A stretch of 63,958 bases of DNA, counting the filler, from Diploschistes diacapsis (lineage: Eukaryota): the NCBI GenBank assembly GCA_023645945.1. It is 19 parts of 19 records of this genome, joined end to end, with 100 filler letters (N's around TTAATTAATTAA, not from the genome) between each part and the next. Parts side by side here need not be neighbours in the genome. Positions count along the whole stretch, not along the records: positions 1 to 1,264 come from JALAIB010003453.1; positions 1,365 to 2,627 come from JALAIB010003454.1; positions 2,728 to 3,990 come from JALAIB010003455.1; positions 4,091 to 5,352 come from JALAIB010003456.1; positions 5,453 to 6,714 come from JALAIB010003457.1; positions 6,815 to 8,076 come from JALAIB010003458.1; positions 8,177 to 9,438 come from JALAIB010003459.1; positions 9,539 to 29,911 come from JALAIB010000346.1; 11 more parts are not named here. The stretch is one strand, 5' to 3'. Within the stretch, counting starts at the first letter, position 1. Every line of letters starts with the position of its first letter. Below the pieces are notes generated by a model. It had not been told where the DNA came from. It made no database searches and saw nothing but the letters and a program-made list of their open reading frames with translations. A program made the position numbers and the translations under genes. Positions 1 to 10,260 of this stretch are shown in pieces.

Positions 1-401
1 CGTTAAAGATTTATTATCGTATAATTAATAATAAAAATACGTTACGATAATTAAACGTTCTAAAAACAAAATTTAAAAAAAATTTATAATACGTAAAATC
101 CAATAAGAATTATTAAAAAGTATATTAAATATATATCAAAACATTAACGACTCGCCGTCGACGCGTTAGTTAAAAATTAATAAACATTAATAGAATTATA
201 TATTAATAATTAATATTATTAAAATATAAAAGATTAACGATACGTTAAAGATTTATTATCGTATAATTAATAATAAAGATACGTTACGAAGATTAAACGC
301 TCTAAAAACAGAACTTAAGAAAGGAAAAGATAATTATAATACGCAGAACCCAATAAGGGTCTACCAAAAGGTATGTTAAGTATATATCAAGGCCCGTTAG
401 C
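1..401 (+). repeat. Direct duplication (period 242 bp) in RIP-degenerated repeat DNA
   Basis: CGTTAAAGATTTATTATCGTATAATTAATAATAAA at 1 and at 243. The copies align for about 150 nt and differ mainly by C>T/G>A changes, with copy 1 more mutated. Confidence 0.85.
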
Positions 402-1264
402 GTGTTCTTATATAAGAACAGAGTTTTCGTAAATAGAGATAGTTTTTGAGAAGTTATTTCATTAATACATCTATCGTCTAGCAGAGACCTAGCCACCGAA
501 TAGCTACTTATCTGCCTTATTGTCATACTGTAGTATTAACCTTTACATTATATCACGTTTCTCGTTTTTATTCGTTATTCGCACTGCCAAATTGCGGGAA
601 GAATCCTTCTATAAGACCTTATATTAATTTATGTTTCGATTAATTTCTTACGTTTATTTCTTACGACCTATTTACCGAAGAAAGATATTAAGAAATGGTT
701 CGTTAATTCGCGCGACTGGATTTAGAACTAACCTAAAATAAAACGTTGTGTTACTTTTTTTTATATCTAAACATTCCTTCACTGCCCTGCATAAAAGTTC
801 TAAAATGCTGGAAAACTTGGTGATAAATTGTGTATTGGACTTTAAGATCTCCATCACTTAGCGTTACGACTTGGCGAAATGTGTCTTATATTTCCATTCT
901 CTTTCTTATTGATTAAAGGTTTGCTAATTCGGGAATATAGCCCCGTTTGCCCGGCGTTGAACATGTTAAAACTAACTCGCCGGAACCGAACTTTATATTT
1001 TTTCATTATAAAATGAATTGGGTTTAAAGAATTATCGTTTTATCGGACGTAGAATCGGTTATAACTTTGAAAAAATAAATTATATAACGGCGATCTTGGT
1101 TTTTTATAATTATTACGCCCTCGTAAGCTTCTTTTTCGAAAAATGATGTCGAGAAAAGATCGTTTATAAATACGTTCGAAGATAAGTACTAAATATGAAG
1201 AATTCGTTCATTAAATTTAAAAGAGAATTAAGATAACGTTTAATAATTTAACGAGAATTTAAAG

Positions 1265-1364
1265 NNNNNNNNNNNNNNNNNNNNNNNNNNNNNNNNNNNN
1301 NNNNNNNNTTAATTAATTAANNNNNNNNNNNNNNNNNNNNNNNNNNNNNNNNNNNNNNNNNNNN
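1265..1364. other. Artificial contig linker (44 N + TTAATTAATTAA six-frame stop + 44 N); first of 17
   Basis: Identical linkers also at 2628-2727, 3991-4090, 5353-5452, 6715-6814, 8077-8176, 9439-9538, 29912-30011, 31273-31372, 32634-32733, 33995-34094, 35355-35454, 36715-36814, 38075-38174, 39434-39533, 40793-40892, 42152-42251 and 43510-43609. Neighbouring pieces are therefore not physically linked. Confidence 0.99.
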
Positions 1365-1501
1365 CGTATAGCGAACGTAACGCGGTATGTTTCGTAATAA
1401 TATTAATTAGATTCGTTTATAAATTTTAGATACGATAATTTTACGTTTAATAATCGTATAAGTTACGTTTTAATTACGTACTTTTCGTTAATAATATTAT
1501 A

Positions 1502-2627
1502 ACGTGTTTGACGGTCAGCTCGGCCACCCCCAAAGCTCGGCCACTTTTGCCAACAATCATTTTAAATATTCAAGAACTCTTCGAATTTAATCGTTATTTT
1601 TGACGTTTTTTTGAAATATTACTATTAACTCAATCACTTATCATATCCCAAAAGTGCATATTGATTATGTCTGTAGTTATCTTTTTCAAGCGAATTAAAT
1701 GTAACGACTCGAAAACACGTATTATTATATCTTTCAAATTCGGTCATAACGTAGCAAAAAATATGTTTTTTAATATATCATTATAAGCGGTTTCATGCGT
1801 AGACTTCAATAAAAATGATAAAAAAACGTTTTTCGACGTTATACAGCGGTTGTGTAACGTTTTTCATCATTTTTCAGTCATTTTAGACTAAACGAAAACT
1901 AGCCGTCGCCTACCAAAATTTTTTTAATCTAGAGTGTTGCCCCTAGTAACCGATCATCCATAAGCGCTTTTTATACTTAAAATGTCTTTTCCTTTTTTAT
2001 TAATCACTAGTTCTAAATATTTTTTTATTTTTTACTAATTTAATCTTAGATATTCTCGATGATGAAAAATGTTTTCATCGAAGCGAAAATTTAATCTCTT
2101 TCGTTGTCGTTTCGTGAAATCGTTCGACGTAATGACGTTTCTTTCTCTTCTTTTTTCGATAAGTTTAATAATCGTTTTAGGGTATTTATTGATTATTAAT
2201 CGTAATAATTTTTGATTATTGAATAAGAAAATGTTCTCGCGAGATATATAGAGCGTTTATAGGCCGGAAGATTCTTTATTTTTGTCGTAATATTTAAAAA
2301 GTTAACGACGGAAATCTAAAATGTTTCCGTGTCGAATAATTAGCGTTAACTAGATCGTTAATAACCGTAACGCTTCTTAAGAAGGTATCCAGAGCTAAGT
2401 ACGGCCTGAAGTAGTTTTCTTGCAAATAAGAAAACCGACGTCGCGGCGTTAGGGGTTTTACGTTCGTTATTGAAGCGTTTTCAGGAAATCCGCGTCCAAT
2501 ACAACGTTATTTTTAAAAATAAATAAAATATGGACGAGAAAGGGATCCAGCTCGGCGCTGAGGAACATACGAAGGTCGTGGTACGTATGTATCTCTCATC
2601 GCCAGGCCGATCGCCAGCGTTTAATCG
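1502..2627. mobile_element. RIP-degenerated pogo/Fot1-like (Tc1-mariner superfamily) DNA transposon end
   Basis: TA followed by ACGTGTTTGACGG with an internal direct repeat AGCTCGGCCAC. An ACGT terminus with a TA target is typical of fungal Fot1/Pot2-like TIRs. Related termini at 37531, 37763 and (inverted) 9675. Confidence 0.7.
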
Positions 2628-2727
2628 NNNNNNNNNNNNNNNNNNNNNNNNNNNNNNNNNNNNNNNNNNNNTTAATTAATTAANNNNNNNNNNNNNNNNN
2701 NNNNNNNNNNNNNNNNNNNNNNNNNNN

Positions 2728-2883
2728 CTTTCTACCTACGATTAAATAGAATGGTCTTCCAAACCTTTTACTTATCACGTGACCCGCGTCACTCTAATGG
2801 AACTATATACAAGGAATGGTTAGGAAGTGCCCGACTAGCTGTTGCGTGCCAAGTACTACCGACTAGTACCTTGGATCGTAACA
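2728..2883 (-). mobile_element. LTR family A end (inverted), inserted into pogo-like DNA
   Basis: Reverse complement of TGTTACGATCCAAGGTACTAGTCGGTAGTACTTGGCACGCAACAGCTAGTCGGGCACTTCC, also seen at 32406, 34576 and 40514. The flank at 2890-2943 matches pogo-internal 37709-37760. Confidence 0.85.
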
Positions 2884-3155
2884 GTTTTTTACGCGTTATA
2901 AATCCTTTCGAAATTATTTGATTCGATTTAATCCGAATTATTATTTTAAGAACTTCGTTTATATTAAATACAAAACGATCTTTTAATTCGATTCGTTTAT
3001 TTAATTTACGATTTTTACGATTATTAAGAAGCGTTTTTTACTTTCGGTTTTCTTTACGAAGCGTTATAAGCTCAGTATACGTCGATTTAAATATACGAGT
3101 TATTCGATTCGAATAACGTCGAATCGAGTTAATTAATTTTAAAACGGTTCGTAAC

Positions 3156-3990
3156 TGTTTGGCAACGTAATGGATATATTGAAGTCTAGAGGTCTATCTA
3201 GGAGGTTATCCTACTTTGCAGACTTTTATCCTTATGGGATACGTTAAGCCCTATTACCTACACTATTCCTAAACCGGTTTAGTTGGGATTCCAGGAGGTT
3301 CAGCTGAACTGAACCTCCCTCTAAAACTTAATTAAACTCCCAGCCATACCTTCTACTTATCTGCTCAATATTTCCCCACAGACGGAATCGTCCGATATAA
3401 CTATATAATTTAACTAGATATCTTTTGGACTAAACCGAGTCCTTTAATAAAGACGTCGTGCTTTAAGTAATTTAATGGCTTCGTAAATTTATCAACAACT
3501 ATTTTATCGATAAAAACATAAGACACCTTAATGCGTCTCTACTTAACCAGATCTCGTACGTGATAATAAGCAATATCGATATGTTTTAAACGATCGTTAA
3601 TCCTTACGTGCTTTACTAAATCCAAAGAACTAATATTATCACCGAATAAATTAATAATATATAAAAATAGTCCTATAAGGTCAGGATAGCCAATATCTTT
3701 TAAAAACTATAAGCATCATAAAGCTTATTTAACGGCGTAAAATAAATCAATATACTTAGCTTCTATAATTAACGTTAAAACTAAACTCTATTTCTTATTT
3801 ATTTAGGATATTGATCCACCGCATAACTAAAAGATATATCCATACGTAAACTTTCGATCTAATTTATCTTTCTTATGATCTATATCGAAATACTCCCGTA
3901 ATTTCGAAAATTTAGGTTTAAAATTAAATTAAATCTTAATATCCTTTATTTTCCGAATGTAACGAAATAGTCCCTTTAAGACATATAAAT
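3156..3990 (-). mobile_element. Copia LTR retrotransposon 3' end (RNase H remnant, PPT, ~215-bp LTR), RIP-mutated
   Basis: The minus strand reads degenerate KHIDIAYYHVRDL and ADGLTK-like RNase H motifs, then a purine tract and the LTR (3156-3370). Paralogous with 33149-33994 and 30117-30355. Confidence 0.85.
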
Positions 3991-4090
3991 NNNNNNNNNN
4001 NNNNNNNNNNNNNNNNNNNNNNNNNNNNNNNNNNTTAATTAATTAANNNNNNNNNNNNNNNNNNNNNNNNNNNNNNNNNNNNNNNNNNNN

Positions 4091-4347
4091 ATTAATATCC
4101 GTATTTTAAATTTTTTAATTACGGTATCCGTGTTCGTGAATTTACGGAAATATAATATCCGTATTAATATTAATATTTTAAAAATTTTAATTATAATATC
4201 CGTGTCCGTGGATTTACGGAAATGTAGTATCCGTGTTAGTATTAATGTTTTAAAATTTTAATTATCGTGTCCGTGTCAGTATCCGTGTTTTAAAAATTTT
4301 TGTTGTAGTGTCCGTGTCAGTGACCGTGGCACGAAACGGCCAGCCTA
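4091..4347 (-). mobile_element. hAT-like MITE family C, partial copy
   Basis: Ends in ACGGCCAGCCTA (TIR) and carries an internal array of CCGTGT/CAGTGT motifs. Same family as 6815-6941, 36815-37350 and 41520-42035. Confidence 0.8.
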
Positions 4348-5481
4348 GATTAATCTTCTCGGTGATAAATTATTATCGTTATACCGTCGACGCGCGTTCG
4401 TTCTTTCTTTAAATTTATGTTTCTCGTTCTTTTTATACTTTTATCGTTTTAATCCTTTATAACGATTCTTTTTATTCTTTTATTAAATTCCGGCTTAGTA
4501 CGCGTTAAATCCGTTAATATTAATTCTGGGCGGGTTTTCGGTCGGGTCTCGGAGGCCGTTCAAGGACGAAAAATAAAGCGAGTCGAGTGAAATGATTAAA
4601 ACGATAAAAGAAGTTAAAAAAAAAGAGGCGGAAAGATTGAACGTAAGAATATAATCGTTCTTTATATCGTATAATAATCGTCGGAAGATACGTCCCGGTT
4701 TATTCTCGAAATATTTTCGATCTTATATTATATTTCTTATAAACGCGGTTCGTTATTATTTAACCTACGAAACATTATTTCGATCATAACGAGTAATTCT
4801 TATAATTATGATTTACGTATTTATAACTTTAAAATTACTTTTTTATCGAATAAGCGTTCGTCTTATAAATCGTATCCGCGTAGAATCCGTAATGTTTCGA
4901 TCGTCCGTAACGAATTATTATATATTTAAAATTATAATAATTAAAACATTGCGTGATTCGATAGTTTCCGTAAAATAATTCGTAATCGTAAATCTTATTA
5001 TCTTAAAAAAGATTTTCCGACATTAATCTATTAATTACTTCCGGCGTTCCGATTATGACGAATAATAAACCTATTTTTTTTTCGTTTATTAAAATTCGTT
5101 TTTTTTATATTATTCGGCGTATTATATTTCTTAAATTCGGGTTTATTTTATTAATAACGTATATCGTCGCGTCTTATTCCGTAATATTTACGAAACTTAT
5201 CCGTATTTTATACGTTATTATTATAAATTCTTTTCGTATTATTTTCGTTTTTCGTCCGAATATCATTATTTATTCTTTATTTTCTTGATTTCGTTTTTTG
5301 TTTCTTTTTAATTTATTATGAATCTTACGTCCCCGTTAAAGAGCCGTTAAGTNNNNNNNNNNNNNNNNNNNNNNNNNNNNNNNNNNNNNNNNNNNNTTAA
5401 TTAATTAANNNNNNNNNNNNNNNNNNNNNNNNNNNNNNNNNNNNNNNNNNNNCCCTTAACACACTTCCTAAAAACCCCTTT

Positions 5482-6188
5482 CTATAAAACCCCTTTACTA
5501 TTTGGATTATACCTTCTCGGATAAACCTGCTCCCTGATGACCCCGGTCTCCCTGCGCTCCCCATCCACCTCCCGCTCCTCAAACGTCTTTACCATCCTCT
5601 CTAGCTCCTCCTTCCCCCCCGGCCTAAACTTCGTCACCTTAACCACATTTTTCGCCGTTAGTTCCCTGACGCCCGTCTCCGACGCCCGCTCCCGCACCAG
5701 CGTCTTGGCCGTCATCGCGAACCGCATGTCCTTGGGCCCGTCCACAAGCTGCAGGATCGCGCTGGGCGCCTGGTCCTCCTTGTGGGACTCTATGCGCAGC
5801 ACGCGCGTGTAGCCGCCCGGCCGGTCGAGGTAGCGCTCGCGCAGGGCGCCGAAGAGGCGGGGCATGAATTTTTGGGGCTCCTGAGATGTATGCATTAGTA
5901 AGACTTCTCCAGTGTCGTCCGGTTGTAGGTAGGTAGGCTAAGGCCATCATGTTGGCTGGAAATGGAACGTACAAAAAAGGCAGCCTGCGCGGCGTTCTTG
6001 GCGGCGTTGGTGTTGCGCTTGCCTAGGGTGATGAGCTTCTCGGCTACCCGTTGCGCTTCTTTCGCTTTCGGCCATGTCGTTGTTATGGATTCGTGTTCGA
6101 AGAGGGAGGAGACGAGGTTGCGGAGGAGGGCCTGTCGGTGCGAGGACTTTACACCGAGATGCCGGTGCTTGAGATGGCCGCCGGCCAT
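5482..6188 (-). CDS. MRPL8: Mitochondrial large ribosomal subunit protein bL17m (204 aa)
   Basis: Exons 6188-5973 and 5880-5482. Intron 5972-5881 has GTACGT, a CTAAT branch site and CAG. Ribosomal L17 signatures: [31 protein letters not shown] and [10 protein letters not shown]. Confidence 0.95.
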
Positions 6189-6560
6189 GGCGGCTGAGTA
6201 GAGAGGTCAGATCAGGCGTGGATGAAGTCGTGGGTGGATACTGATGATTTTTTTATTACAGAGCCTTGAGAAATAGGTCGAGGAGAAAAGAAAAGGGGAT
6301 TCCGGATTGCGAATACAGGTTGAAGCCCCAGATACTGAAATCTAACGTTACCCAAATTAAACCTAGCTTCTCGAGACCTCACCGCGAGTCAGCTCTCAAG
6401 CTTTCCGCTTGATCTAACCGAGTCAAGCAAGCAACCCCAAGTTTCCCTCTACTATCTTCACCTTCAAAAATTCAAAAAACCTATTAGACCCTCCTCTCAC
6501 TTCGCATTCCCACCACAACAACAACGACCACCACAACCAGCTCAATTTAAACCGCGCGCA

Positions 6561-6714
6561 ATGGGCTTCACCTCCAGCCTGGTACGTCCCATCCCCTCTC
6601 TTCCCCCTCCGCCTCCCCCATTTCCCTCTTCCCCCTTCTCTCTCACCAAACAACTAACGCCCCCAAGCTCGCCGGCGCCACTCTCCATCTCCTTCTCACC
6701 ACCCTCTTCCTCAC
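6561..6714 (+). CDS. Putative MICOS subunit Mic12/Aim5, 5' part (truncated by contig end)
   Basis: ATG exon 6561-6581 (MGFTSSL), intron 6582-6667 (GTACGT...ACTAAC...AAG), then LAGATLHLLLTTLFL. This resembles the MGFxxGxxGGxxL hydrophobic N-terminus of fungal Mic12. Only 22 codons are visible. Confidence 0.45.
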
Positions 6715-6814
6715 NNNNNNNNNNNNNNNNNNNNNNNNNNNNNNNNNNNNNNNNNNNNTTAATTAATTAANNNNNNNNNNNNNNNNNNNNNNNNNNNNNN
6801 NNNNNNNNNNNNNN

Positions 6815-6941
6815 TGGCCGTCACTGACACTGACAGTGTCAGTGTCCGTGTTTTAGATTTTTTAGCTGCGGTGTCCGTGTCCGTGGATTCACGGAAGTGC
6901 AGTGTCCGTGTCAGTGTCCGTGGCACGAAACGGCCAGCCTA
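6815..6941. mobile_element. Minimal (~132 bp) hAT-like MITE family C, both termini present
   Basis: Starts TGGCCGTCACTGAC (the first 5 nt of the TIR are cut off by the contig edge) and ends GAAACGGCCAGCCTA. Confidence 0.8.
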
Positions 6942-7333
6942 GACTATAAACCTGCCCTGCACATAGCCATCTTGCCACATTGCCGTATTCTATCCCTTTA
7001 CACGAATAGATGTTAATCGACAAAAAATAAAAACAACGTGTTATCCGTTTTTTACACGGTTTTATTACGGCTATTTAAATTATATAAAAAAGATAAAGAA
7101 CGAGCGCCTTAAAATAATTAAAAATTATTATAATTAAAATTAAAATCGAAATAAAAATAAAAATATTTCACGTCGCGTGTTAAATTAAAAAACGGATTAA
7201 TTTTTTTACCCGAAGTCGCGCGCGGCAAGCTTTAGGGTAAGTACGACGCAGATTTCTATAAGCTTTTGACGCCAAGCTTTAGCAATCCAGAAGCAAAACC
7301 CAATTCTTATGCTCATCCACAGCAACGACAACA

Positions 7334-8076
7334 ATGAACGTCCCCCTGCAAAACTCCCTCACCTCCCTCGAATCCGCCCTCACCTCCCTCACAGAAAGCA
7401 TAAACTCGCACGCCCCCTCCTCAACCTCCGCCCATGCCCTCCTCGCCGCAGACGACGCCCTCACCGCCTCCCTCCGCCAACTGGCCAAGCACCAAGCCAA
7501 CCACGCGCGCATCCAACACCTCCACTCCATCTCCGACAACCTCTCCCACCAATTCAAATCCGCCCTGCAGACTCTCGCCTCCTTACGCTCCGAGATCCTC
7601 GCCACGCCCATCTCCCTACCACCCACGCTCGCCTCCAACACCTCATCCTTCTCCCTCATAGACAACAACAACAACAGGCCTCCGAACAACAACAGCAGCA
7701 GCAACAACAACAACAACAATGGCAGGCCCGTCTCCCCCACCACCCTCCTCGCCTTCGCGCGCAACACAGCCCGGTACGCCGCGCCACCAACCTACAAGCC
7801 GCCGAGCGTCCAGCGCGTCGAAGCCGAGGCGCTAGCCGGCGTCGCCGCGCCGCCCAGCACCACGATCCCAGAAATCCACACCACGGCCGACACCCCCATT
7901 CCCTCCGGCTCCGCGCCCACTTCAACCCAACAGCAACCCCAGACCACCACCACCACCGCAGCCGCAGCCGCATCCCCATCCGCCTCTACCAACGCAAACA
8001 ACCTCCCCGCACCCGCACCCGCACCACCCGCAGTACCAACGCCAACCCCCTACCTAACGGACGCACAATCCGCCAC
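7334..8076 (+). CDS. MED4: Mediator complex subunit 4, 3'-truncated by contig end
   Basis: N-terminal helices LESALTSLTESINSHAPS..ALLAADDALTASLRQLAKHQANHARIQHL and PTTLLAFARNTARY match the fungal Med4 pattern. The ORF is open up to the gap. Confidence 0.8.
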
Positions 8077-8691
8077 NNNNNNNNNNNNNNNNNNNNNNNN
8101 NNNNNNNNNNNNNNNNNNNNTTAATTAATTAANNNNNNNNNNNNNNNNNNNNNNNNNNNNNNNNNNNNNNNNNNNNATTTAAATCGATGCGACATTCTAA
8201 CGACTTAATATCCCGTATTTTATTTCTTGTTTGAATCACCGACGCGATCTTTAATAGAATACGATCTACCGGGGTAGAAAATCTCGGCGATCTTTAAGGT
8301 TTTTTAAACCCTTAATAATGTTTATAGGGGTGTAATTTAGATTCGTTTGTGTTTTCGGGTTTAAATATTTTAATAAAATGTGCCCGTATTCTTAATAATT
8401 ATAATATTATATTTTTAATATATCGCGGAATAATCGGTTAATCGTCCGTAATTCGTTCTTATTTTCGGAATTAAGGATCTTTTAAGAATTTCGCGTCGAT
8501 AGCGATTTTCCCTGTTAAGCTTTATCTTGCTGTAAATTTTCTAATAAATTCTCTATTTAGACCGTTAAGGATATTAAATCTTTATAATTCTTCGAAGTAT
8601 TAATCGCTTGTATTAAGAATCGCTAGATATCCGACCGTAATTTTATTAAAAAATATTAACGCCGTTGTTCTTCCGTGTATTTTAATAATTA

Positions 8692-9293
8692 TGTAACAGC
8701 GGGGGTAGTGCCTAATAGGGTAGCGCTATCCCACTGAGCCAAAAGACTAACACAATGCTTTCAAGAACCCCGAAGCACTGTTTCCCTATTACACTATATG
8801 TAGGTGCGTGGCTGTGGCAGTAGGGGGACCTGAACCCCAGGTCGCATTTTTGGGCGTTATAACTATCTCCCTTCCCCACAGTGCTGGCCCTCTAATATCT
8901 GCCACGTCTCACATAGCGTCCCGAGTATATTAAATATTTTAAATCGTTTCTGACACTTACGTTATAGACTCAAAGGCGGGGTTACCCAGCCGTATTTAGG
9001 GTTAACCGCATATTTCATATGACGTCAATCCCGTAGGGTAGCACGTTTAACCGTAATATAACAAATTTAACGCATTGCTTACGCTCGTGCTTAAATTAAC
9101 GATCTAGGGAATGAAAGCATAACTATAACAGCGGGGGTAGTACTTAATAGGGTAGCGCTATTTCATTAAGCTAAAAGATTAATATAATACTTTCAGGAAC
9201 CCCGAAGCACTGTTTCCCTGTTACACTATATGTAGGTGCGTGGCTGTGGCAGCAGGGGGACCTGAACCCCAGGGCGCACCTTTGGGCGTTACA
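8692..9293 (-). mobile_element. Complete non-autonomous mini-LTR retroelement (TRIM), 602 bp
   Basis: Two 170-bp direct repeats (8692-8861 and 9124-9293) with TGTAAC...GTTACA termini. Perfect 5-bp TSD AATTA (8687-8691 and 9294-9298). 262-bp non-coding interior. Minus-strand PPT GGGGAAGGGAGATAGT (8862-8877). Confidence 0.93.
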
Positions 9294-9538
9294 AATTACG
9301 CTTCTAGCCTAATTAAATATTGTTTAAAAGAATATATCGACTAAATTGTTCTTTATTAAATATTCGCGTACTTTTAGGTAGCTTTAAGTTTACGAGTTTT
9401 TAGGTCTTTTATTCGATCTAATAAGTAAAGTTTAAAATNNNNNNNNNNNNNNNNNNNNNNNNNNNNNNNNNNNNNNNNNNNNTTAATTAATTAANNNNNN
9501 NNNNNNNNNNNNNNNNNNNNNNNNNNNNNNNNNNNNNN

Positions 9539-9677
9539 TAACATTTTCACCTTTCGTACAAATAATTTTATGTGTGGTTGTGGGGCTCAAAAGCTCGCTT
9601 AAAACTATCTAGCGCATCTACATTATAATGTAGTGAGCCGCTTTGTGGTGTGATCCGTTAAGTGGTGAAACACGTTA
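9539..9677. mobile_element. pogo/Fot1-like TIR remnant
   Basis: Ends GTGGTGAAACACGT|TA, the reverse complement of ACGTGTTTCAC, which matches the terminus at 37531. Confidence 0.6.
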
Positions 9678-10260
9678 TAGTGTGGCGCCATACGAAAAAA
9701 GCTCAACGTGTCTTGATATATGGTGAAAGGCCACTGCGCACATTAATCAGCGCTAACCTTTATTCTGGGGGTATTTCGTAAGCAGAAGATTGCACAATCT
9801 TTGTCTATTGTCCCGGGGGGGAGGGGAAAACCACATGCTGAACAGGATCTTTATTCGCTTGCGTCTCTGGGGTTAGACGTCTGAGTGAGACTCTGGATGC
9901 TGGCGTAAAGTAGCTGCCAGTGTCTTGGCATTCTGGGACATAACTTCAACGAGGCAGTCCTTTGGGACATGTCGGACAATTACAACTTGACAAGACAATT
10001 GTCGACACCCATCAACTAGTCGCAACCCGCCCACAGAGAGCTCATCCCATATCCGAATGCTGGCGGCACTATTCCCTCCTCGGTCCTAGTGCTGGCCAGA
10101 TTCGGTAATGTTTGGACTCGCTTCCCTATCCTGCATGATCCCCCAGATGTGTTTTGCAGCATGGTTGGGTTCCCTGATAAGACCCTACCTGCCCCTCGTC
10201 GTGTTGCTGTTCAGTCGCTTCATACTCGTCCTGATCGTTGATACTCTATAGCAATTCGCC

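Noticed and set aside
5055..5288. I/F/K/Y-rich ORFs in AT-rich contigs (also 302-526, 30520-30732, 40964-41275, 43023-43250)
   Set aside because: Chance ORFs in RIP-mutated transposon DNA.
7279..8124. Alternative-frame poly-Q and poly-L ORFs over MED4
   Set aside because: Other readings of the (AAC/CAG)n low-complexity tract. Only the 7334 frame matches a known family.
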